A DNA stretch of 64,000 nucleotides from Alphaproteobacteria bacterium (GTDB taxonomy: Bacteria > Pseudomonadota > Alphaproteobacteria > Paracaedibacterales > VGCI01), in assembly GCA_016869075.1 (NCBI GenBank), contig VGEY01000002.1, positions 2,376 to 66,375 on the forward strand, in the 5' to 3' direction. Under the pieces are notes generated by a model that had not been told where the DNA came from, made no database searches, and was given only the letters and a program-made list of their open reading frames with translations. The position numbers and the translations under genes are program-made. This document shows, one piece after another, positions 57,011 to 64,000 of the stretch. The first letter of the stretch is position 1. Every line of letters starts with the position of its first letter.

Positions 57011-57223
57011 TGTATCCCCATTTGTGTCCGCACCGGAAGGCTCCAAACTCGACTTTTCAGTCGGAAGGAAAGTGCGCGTCCTTAAGGTTATTAAGGATGC
57101 GAGTTAACAGCTATCCTTGCGGATAGATAGGCATGCTCTTGCTATAAAACTTGGGCTCTCAAGGTGAGCTTCAAATTTACAGCAATGCACACAGGTCCGA
57201 GTGCGGACACAAATGGGGATACA
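57011..57223. mobile_element. 213-bp element with perfect 23-bp terminal inverted repeats and internal hairpins (putative MITE or structured RNA)
   Basis: TGTATCCCCATTTGTGTCCGCAC (57011-33) and GTGCGGACACAAATGGGGATACA (57201-23); four internal stem-loops; no transposase. Confidence 0.6.
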
Positions 57224-57453
57224 TTTGTTGAAGGACGTGTGGATCAGTGATGTCGACGTTTATGATCCTTCATTCTTCAGGAGAAGCGAGTGATACAATA
57301 AAAAATTATAAAGACATTTTTATCTTCCTTTTCCAAATAAGCTGTTTAACAAAGTGTTTTTAAAAACGCGCTAGCAGGAAGAGTATTAAGAGATGCCCAT
57401 TTAAAAAGTCAAATTTTTTAATTGCCCATAAGAAAAAGAATTTAATATGTATA

Positions 57454-57511
57454 CCCCTCACCCGTTCGTCAGGCTATGCCTGACTTACAACCTCTCCCAC
57501 AAGGGAAGAGG
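57454..57511. repeat. alphaproteobacterial intergenic repeat (CCCCTCACCC...CCTCTCCCACAAGGG type)
   Basis: CCCCTCACCC, internal hairpin GTCAGGC-TAT-GCCTGAC, then CCTCTCCCACAAGGGAAGAGG. Confidence 0.6.
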
Positions 57512-57550
57512 TATAAAGAGAGAGCAAGGGGAGAAGTATAATAAGAGTAT

Positions 57551-57623
57551 CGTCACTGCGAGCGTCGTGAAGCAGTTCAAAATTGCATGCATCACGAGGC
57601 CACTTAAGGGCTCTCGTGATGCC
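57551..57623. repeat. degenerate RPE-like palindromic repeat
   Basis: CGTCACTGCGAGCG...GAAGCAGTTCA arm and GCATCACGAG.../CTCGTGATGC inverted repeat. Confidence 0.55.
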
Positions 57624-57649
57624 AAAAGGATAAAATATCAAAACTAACG

Positions 57650-58287
57650 TTATTGTGGGGGCGTATTAATTTCATCTAGAGATGAAGTCAAAATGCCTAC
57701 AGATCTCAGCTCTATGATTTTATTAAGTTGAGCTATCGTTGCACTTGCAATACCTAGTGTTTTAATGTAAAGGCTTGCTTGAATTTGATCGGAACTCGCA
57801 TCTATTTTAAGTGTTCTCTTTAAATGGTTGTATTCATTTTCTTGCTCTATCGAGCGAATCATCTCAGGAGTCAAATGATCTTTCTCTCCTCTCTCTACTA
57901 AAGTCTTTACTATTTCAAACTGATTAAGAGTTGGGTCAATGGCGCCCACGCTAGCTAGGGAGGCTGCAGCCTTAATATCACTCAAACCTGGCTGCTTTTG
58001 GAGAGACTCACCCATTAAGAGTTCAGCAGCTTTGACTTGATTAAAAGTCGGGTTATTAATCCCAACAGCCCTTACTTGAGATGCTGAGCGAATTTCAGAT
58101 AATGTAGGTTGGTCGATACCTATTCTAAAAAGATCTACAGTCGCAGTTACATTCTCATTACTTATGTGACGCATACCCATACCTACTAAATAATTTTCAG
58201 CATTCTGACGCTCGATTGCTTGTCCGGCAAAAGAAGTGGAAGTAAATCAGTTAATCCCAATAGTAGAAATTTTAATATTTTTTTCAT
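57650..58287 (-). pseudogene. secreted 19-aa-repeat protein, frameshifted within its signal peptide
   Basis: ATG 58287 (GGTGGAG RBS) gives MKKILKFLLLGLT; a 1-nt shift near 58247 joins FTSTSFA-GQAIERQ... which is in frame with ORF 57650-58180. Confidence 0.72.
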
Positions 58288-58403
58288 AATAAACTCCACC
58301 TATATTAATCAGATTACCCTCGATTTGAGGGATAATAATTATATAGGCTTCTTTATAACCTTTTACAAGGAAGTTGTTTTTTTACTGTTTAAAAAAGAGG
58401 AAG

Positions 58404-59246
58404 TTAAAGAATGCGTGTCATGCCTTGGCGGGCAACGAAGGCCTGAGGAAAACGTTCCTGCACTTGCACTTCTATAGTAGCCATAGCAATATCATCATGA
58501 TGCGGACTGTGGTGAAATAAGGCAATCTCCCGAACAGCGGCCTTATTGGCTAAATCAACCGCCTGATTCCATGTGGAATGCCCCCAAGACTCTCGGTCTT
58601 TAAACTCTTCCTCCGTAAAGGTGGCGTCATAAATCATGAGGTCAGTCTGATTAATAAATTTGACCAAATTGGAATTCAGACGTCCCGGCACATGACCCGT
58701 ATCCGTAATATAACAAATGGACTTTTCTCCAACATCAACACGATAGCCTGTACTTCCTCCCGGATGGTCCAATGCAATGGTTGAAACTTTTAGAGGCCCC
58801 ACAGAAAATGGTGCACCCACAGACACATCTATACAGGACTTTTGGCAGGCAGTTTTAAACCAAGAAATAGGAAAATAAGGGGGTGAAATCATTTGAGATA
58901 AAATAGCTTCAATTCCATTTGCATTCTTCTTTTTTGAAATCACCTCACCTGCTATGATGGTCAGTTCAAAATCTTTTTGATGAAGGGGTTCAAAAAAAGC
59001 AAGACCGTTAATGTGATCTGCATGTGCATGAGACATAAGGAGAGTTGCTCGTTTGAATCCCCGATTTAAAATCTCTTGTCCAGCATTAATAATTCCTGTC
59101 CCGGCATCAAAAATTAAATAATGGCCATCTACCTCAAGACTCACACAGCTTGTGTCTCCACCAACTTTTGAATATCCAGGCTTGCATACGGGCCAGCTAC
59201 CTCGTACCCCCCAAAATGTCACGCGAACTGAATTCTTATTAGACAT
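58404..59246 (-). CDS. MBL-fold metallo-hydrolase
   Basis: FWGVRGS, GGDTSCV, DAGTG, HAHADHING, HPGG, GHST and LFHH.P motifs. Confidence 0.93.
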   Translation of the reverse strand: MSNKNSVRVTFWGVRGSWPVCKPGYSKVGGDTSCVSLEVDGHYLIFDAGTGIINAGQEILNRGFKRATLLMSHAHADHINGLAFFEPLHQKDFELTIIAGEVISKKKNANGIEAILSQMISPPYFPISWFKTACQKSCIDVSVGAPFSVGPLKVSTIALDHPGGSTGYRVDVGEKSICYITDTGHVPGRLNSNLVKFINQTDLMIYDATFTEEEFKDRESWGHSTWNQAVDLANKAAVREIALFHHSPHHDDIAMATIEVQVQERFPQAFVARQGMTRIL

Positions 59247-59290
59247 TTTTTTCTCTCTCTAATGAAAATGCAGTGAAGAAAATAACCCTC

Positions 59291-60169
59291 TTACAACATC
59301 TCTTTTAAATCTTGAATATTATGCAACAAATGATGACGCATTTTACGTATGGCGCGCACTTCTAATTGGCGCACACGTTCTTTGCTTATTTTAAGCTTTT
59401 TCCCAATATCTTCTAAAGTTGTTGGGTGATCTGCTAATCGTCGAACTGTTATAATCATACGCTCGCGCGGACTCAAATAATGCATCGCCCCTTGTATCCA
59501 AAGTCGCCGAATGCTCTCATCAAGATTGAGAGCTGCAGATGCTTCCGGATCAAGATTTTGATCAGCCAATGAATCCACCCAATCATCACTACCCGATTCA
59601 TTCATAGGATGGCTCAAAGATAAATCATGAGAAGAAAGACGGTTTTCCATATCCTCCACATCATGGATGGGTACATGAAGTGTTTCTGCAACATGATCCC
59701 GTTCTTCTTGAGTCATTTGGTCTGTACTAATTTTTGACAATTGCGCTTTTAATCGACGCAAACTAAAAAATAACTGCTTTTGAGAAGATGTTGACCCAGT
59801 GCGTACAATAGACCAATTGCGTAAAATGTATTCTTGGATGTGGGACCGTATCCACCACCGTGCATAGGTTGAAAAGCGTACATCTCTTTCAGGGTCAAAT
59901 CGCTCAGCAGCATACATGAGCCCCAAATTTCCCTCTTGAATAAGATCTGATAAAGCAATCCCATAGTGGCGAAACCGTACCGCCGTACTCACCACAAGTC
60001 GCATGTAAGCCTGCACTAATTTATGTAAAGCCTTTTCATCCTGATTAACATGCCACGCGATTGCAAGATCGTGCTCCTCTTCCTTTTTTAAAAGAGGTTG
60101 TTCCATGAGTTGGCGAATGAATTCTAAATCAGCATGTTTTGTGTTAGCCCCAAAGGGAGATTTTTTCAT
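59291..60169 (-). CDS. rpoH: RNA polymerase sigma-32 factor (RpoH2-like)
   Basis: DLIQEGN.GL, RFSTYA.WWI, RpoH box QKQLFFSLRRLK and ISKERVRQLE. Confidence 0.9.
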   Translation of the reverse strand: MKKSPFGANTKHADLEFIRQLMEQPLLKKEEEHDLAIAWHVNQDEKALHKLVQAYMRLVVSTAVRFRHYGIALSDLIQEGNLGLMYAAERFDPERDVRFSTYARWWIRSHIQEYILRNWSIVRTGSTSSQKQLFFSLRRLKAQLSKISTDQMTQEERDHVAETLHVPIHDVEDMENRLSSHDLSLSHPMNESGSDDWVDSLADQNLDPEASAALNLDESIRRLWIQGAMHYLSPRERMIITVRRLADHPTTLEDIGKKLKISKERVRQLEVRAIRKMRHHLLHNIQDLKEML

Positions 60170-60446
60170 TATTCCTCGCTTTTAAAAATTTAATCGAAGA
60201 TCAAAAGAAAGAATTACTTTAGGTTTTCTGTCTTTTTACATCTCTATAATCATAACAAAAGGAGCGTAAAAATCTGGTTAAAGGGGGTAAAATTTATCTA
60301 AAAAATCTAAGAAAACAGCGGATTTTCCGATTATGGAGCTTTAAAAAAGAAGATATTAATAGGAAAATTGTTGCTAAAAACAATGATAAATGGCAAATAT
60401 TTATTAATTCTCTCGCTATTCTTTTAAATAAATAATAGGTGTTATT

Positions 60447-61880
60447 TTGTCATCTTTTATAACTCTTTTTTGGTTTCGACAAGATTTCAGAATATCAGAT
60501 AACCCAGGCCTTTTTGAAGCTGCTCAAAATGGGGCTATCTTACCCGTTTATATTCTCGATGAAACTTGCCCAGCTCAATTTAAACAAGGTGAAGCTAGCA
60601 AATGGTGGATGTATCATTCCTTACATAAATTAAATATATGCTTAAATAGCACATTAAATTTCTATGTTGGAGATCCTCAAGTTATTCTCACAAATATCAT
60701 ACAAGAAAATGATGTTAAAGCTGTCTATTGGAATAAAGTATTTGAACCATGGCAATTGGAAAAGGATGCACAAATAGAATCTAATTTAAAAAAAAGAGGG
60801 ATAGTATGCAAAAGTTTCAATGGATCGCTTCTGTGGGAACCTGAGAGTAATTTTAGTAAGAATGGAACACCTTACAGAATGTTTACACCTTTTTATCGTA
60901 ATGGGTGTCTCCAAGCTCCTAGCCCCAGAAAGCCTTTACCCATACCTGAAAAGATTATTTCACTAAAAGATCAAGGATGTAGGACAACCCTTGAAGACCT
61001 CAAGTTGCTTCCCTCTATATCATGGTATAAGTCAATTGAACATTTCTGGGAAATTGGAGAGCAGGCTGCCCAAAGACAGTTGGCAAAGTTTCTAGAATTT
61101 GGCCTAAAAGGATATAAGAAGAATAGGAATTATCCTAGCAAAGACGCTACCTCCAGACTTTCTCCTTATTTGCATTTTGGAGAAATATCGCCTCATCAAG
61201 TTTGGCAAGGTATTCAAGTTAAATGTGCCGCAGATGAATCCATTATTAATGAAGACAAAGAAAGTTTTTTGAGTGAAATTGGGTGGCGAGAGTTTTCTTA
61301 TTATTTGCTCTATCACTTTCCAAACTTGCCATATAAAAGTTTTTATAAAAAATTTGAGGACTTTCCATGGAAGCCCAACACAGAATTCTTGAAGGCTTGG
61401 CAAAAGGGATTAACTGGATATCCTTTCGTTGATGCAGGTATGCGAGAACTTTGGCAAACGGGATATATGCACAATCGAGTCAGAATGGTCGTTGCTTCTT
61501 TTTTGGTAAAAAATTTGTTGCAGGATTGGCGAACTGGAGCAAGTTGGTTTTTAGACTGTTTACTTGATGCAGATATCGCCAGTAATACTATTAATTGGCA
61601 ATGGGTCGCGGGCTCTGGTGTCGACGCAGCCCCTTATTTTAGAATCTTTAATCCCATTTTGCAGGGAGAAAAATTCGACCCTAAAGGTATTTATACACGT
61701 CGATTTGTTCCTGAGCTTGATAAATTACCTGATAAATATTTATTCAAGCCCTGGCAAACCCCAGATTATATTTTAAAAGAATGCAACATTATTCTTGGTG
61801 TAACTTATCCTTATCCTATTATTAATCTTCAACATTCAAGAAAAGAGTCTATAGAAGCATACAACAAAATTTCTCTTTAA
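60447..61880 (+). CDS. phrB: deoxyribodipyrimidine (CPD) photolyase
   Basis: WFRQDFRISDNP, TSRLSPYLHFGEIS, WREF, GYMHNRVRM, WQWVAG and PYFRIFNP; TTG start. Confidence 0.95.
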   Translation: MSSFITLFWFRQDFRISDNPGLFEAAQNGAILPVYILDETCPAQFKQGEASKWWMYHSLHKLNICLNSTLNFYVGDPQVILTNIIQENDVKAVYWNKVFEPWQLEKDAQIESNLKKRGIVCKSFNGSLLWEPESNFSKNGTPYRMFTPFYRNGCLQAPSPRKPLPIPEKIISLKDQGCRTTLEDLKLLPSISWYKSIEHFWEIGEQAAQRQLAKFLEFGLKGYKKNRNYPSKDATSRLSPYLHFGEISPHQVWQGIQVKCAADESIINEDKESFLSEIGWREFSYYLLYHFPNLPYKSFYKKFEDFPWKPNTEFLKAWQKGLTGYPFVDAGMRELWQTGYMHNRVRMVVASFLVKNLLQDWRTGASWFLDCLLDADIASNTINWQWVAGSGVDAAPYFRIFNPILQGEKFDPKGIYTRRFVPELDKLPDKYLFKPWQTPDYILKECNIILGVTYPYPIINLQHSRKESIEAYNKISL

Positions 61881-61958
61881 AAAAATAAGGAGAATAAATG
61901 CCATATTTTGTATTTAATCCAGAACTATTATTCAAGATACTGTTAAGAACGAAAACAA

Positions 61959-61987
61959 ATGAGAAGTCCCTGTAAGGGCCTTCTCAT
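61959..61987. terminator. intrinsic terminator between convergent genes
   Basis: ATGAGAAG-TCCCT-GTA-AGGGC-CTTCTCAT hairpin. Confidence 0.6.
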
Positions 61988-62027
61988 AAATAGGACTTGA
62001 TTAAAATGTGTGCAGTGAGGTTGGGTT

Positions 62028-62972
62028 TTAAGATAAGTGCTGCACTATAATCTCATTAAAAAGCTTTGCATGATTCCAAACAAAAGAATGATTTTTTCCT
62101 TTTATAATTTGTATATGGATATGGGGAGACCACTCTTTAGCTTTCACATACTCGTAATTAATAAACTCATCTTCCTCACCCCCTAACATGAGTATACGGA
62201 TCTTTGCTTCCTGAAGGGATTTAACTTCATCGACTCTTTGATTAGCAAAAACTGATTTAAACATGAGTCCTCTGGCACGACCATCCGTATCCATGGCTGC
62301 TTTAACTCTTTTTAAAACCTCTGCTGCTTCAAATCCGTTTGCTTTGAGATATAATTTTGCCTCTTCTTCAGTATAGCTTTCACCTTTACCTGAGAGTGCT
62401 CCTGCCGGGATAGACTTAAAAGCAGTACTTAATATTTCACCAGCATGTGATTCACTTTCAAAGAGAGGAAGTGGCGGTGACCCCGAAATAATTAGACTTC
62501 TGACTCGATCGCGCGCTAATTCATAAAGATTAATAGCTTCATGCCCACCTTTAGAAATTCCCAAAACATTGAATTGTCCAATGCCTGGCATCAGTTGATC
62601 AAGCCCTTCAAGCAACGTTTTTGCGCATCCAGGAAAAGTATAAATTTCTGTTGCTGTATCATCAGAAGCTCTAAAGCTCTCTCCATGTCCTGGAGAATCA
62701 AAACTAATTAGTCGCATCGTGGAGTTTTCATTCATTAAATTTTCGAATAACCAACTCCCAGTTGAGTTCCCATGAATACACAGAAGGACAGGACCCGTTC
62801 CACCGGAATCTCGATAAAATAAGCGACCTGTCTTAGTGTCCACATAACCGGTGGTAATTTTACGTTGTACAGTTGCAATTTCCCCTTTATCTGTATCATC
62901 TGCAGAGTAAGTAGGATCAGTTGTTGCTAATAATATCAGAACTGTTGGTATGAGTAATAATAGCCTATTCAT
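62028..62972 (-). CDS. secreted alpha/beta hydrolase
   Basis: Signal peptide, IHGNS, DSPGHGES, nucleophile elbow GISKGG, D in GEEDE and H in NHS. Confidence 0.9.
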   Translation of the reverse strand: MNRLLLLIPTVLILLATTDPTYSADDTDKGEIATVQRKITTGYVDTKTGRLFYRDSGGTGPVLLCIHGNSTGSWLFENLMNENSTMRLISFDSPGHGESFRASDDTATEIYTFPGCAKTLLEGLDQLMPGIGQFNVLGISKGGHEAINLYELARDRVRSLIISGSPPLPLFESESHAGEILSTAFKSIPAGALSGKGESYTEEEAKLYLKANGFEAAEVLKRVKAAMDTDGRARGLMFKSVFANQRVDEVKSLQEAKIRILMLGGEEDEFINYEYVKAKEWSPHIHIQIIKGKNHSFVWNHAKLFNEIIVQHLS

Positions 62973-63143
62973 TTTTTCCTCCAATCGTTTTAAATTTATT
63001 CATAACGTTTTGAGGATAGAGATTCGTATGAACTTCTTTCTATCGTAAAAAATACGATAGTGATGTAGAGCTGAAAAAAGAGGACCAATCTCACTTAAGA
63101 AGTGCTCGCTGATGGACTGTGCAAGAAATAGGATTCATCCAAA

Positions 63144-64000
63144 ATGAACCTAGATATACTTAAAATAAAGCAATCGGCCCTCGATCATTTTCGAGCAAAG
63201 AATCCTTCATTTATTAAACTTTGCCAACCTCTTCAGGAGATTGGGATACAGAATTATTATTTTATTAAGTGTCATGAGGATGGAACCTACCTGGCTTATT
63301 CAAGTAAGCCTGAGTTTTTTGAAGCTCATATCCAAACTATTCGTGGCCAAAGCCTGTTTTTCATAGACACTGTAGATATTGTTCCAAATAGTCAAATTTC
63401 TTTTTCTCTAACAGGAGATATTTATAGGTTTGATGTAAAAGCTGACCCTGTCATCGGTTTACTTTGGAAGTACGACTTCTGGAATACATTTATGCTTTAT
63501 AAGATAATAAATAATAACCTTTTAGAGGGGTGGGGGTTTTCCTTGGGGACAGAGGTTCTTGATCCGCTGGGATTCTTTCTTAAAAATAAGTCTCTCCTTG
63601 AAAGATTTGTGAACTATTTTGATGTTGCTGGAAAGGATCTCATGGATACCTCTGATAGAAAAAAATTAGCTGTCTATGATGAAAATTTTACTTTTTTTAA
63701 GAGAAGATCAGTCTCGAAAGACATAGATAAAACTCTTAACTTCCTACGCCAAACCCATCTGGGAGAACTCTTGCTTAGTTCAGAAGGATACTCTTTCCAT
63801 TTAACTCAACGCCAATGTGAATGTCTTTATTATTTGTCACACCATTACACTGCAAAGGAAATTGCGCGCTTTCTTCATCTCTCTCATCGATCCATTGAAA
63901 CTTATATTCAATCAATAAGGGACAAAATCGGGGTCTCCTCAAAATCTGATCTTCTCCAATTTATTCATAAACACGAATTAATCCAAAAATTAGAATTGTG
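63144..64000 (+). CDS. LuxR-family HTH transcriptional regulator (runs to the window edge)
   Basis: Hand-translated 285 codons, absent from the ORF track; C-terminal LTQRQCECLYYL...TAKEIARFLHLSHRSIETYIQSIRDKIG; the final TG may begin a TGA stop. Confidence 0.9.
   Translation, partial: MNLDILKIKQSALDHFRAKNPSFIKLCQPLQEIGIQNYYFIKCHEDGTYLAYSSKPEFFEAHIQTIRGQSLFFIDTVDIVPNSQISFSLTGDIYRFDVKADPVIGLLWKYDFWNTFMLYKIINNNLLEGWGFSLGTEVLDPLGFFLKNKSLLERFVNYFDVAGKDLMDTSDRKKLAVYDENFTFFKRRSVSKDIDKTLNFLRQTHLGELLLSSEGYSFHLTQRQCECLYYLSHHYTAKEIARFLHLSHRSIETYIQSIRDKIGVSSKSDLLQFIHKHELIQKLEL

Noticed and set aside
57031-57075. SRP RNA, glycine riboswitch or RNase P look-alike motifs (CACCGGAAGG, TCAGTCGGAAGGAA, AAACTC)
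   Set aside because: Only short words match; the surrounding conserved sequence and helices (e.g. AGCAGCC, CTCTCAGG, GAGGAAAGTCC) are absent.
56919-57126. 62- and 64-aa ORFs over the repeats and the 213-bp element
   Set aside because: They run through repeat arms and a pyrimidine tract; composition is not gene-like.

Overview
An AT-rich alphaproteobacterial chromosome segment. Gene content and style suggest a host-associated lineage such as Holosporales-like protist endosymbionts (inference). Most of it is core housekeeping: split F0 (atpBEF'F) and F1 (atpHAGDC) ATP synthase operons, rimP-nusA-infB-rbfA, mreBCD, addAB/murU, dnaA-dnaN-recF-gyrB, mlaA/mlaC, sodB, nth and a sigma-32 factor. Interspersed are orphan signal-peptide proteins, a LapBCE-like type I secretion system and amino-acid/metabolite transporters. 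Main observations not in the ORF track: (1) two unrelated transporter genes each have a short upstream leader ORF whose stop codon sits in the loop of a 6-bp hairpin followed by a U-tract, and both leaders are preceded by GTGTAA-N4-ATTTT-N-ATG, suggesting a shared translation-coupled attenuation system; (2) a 213-bp element with perfect 23-bp TGT...ACA terminal inverted repeats and four internal hairpins (MITE or retron-like RNA) among degenerate palindromic repeats; (3) several disrupted genes (T1SS ABC transporter, a TraB/GumN protein and a 19-aa-repeat secreted protein, each with a single lesion, plus a decaying tRNA-Gly(CCC)). No CRISPR array, rRNA, prophage or transposase was seen. All calls are by eye; no database searches were run.
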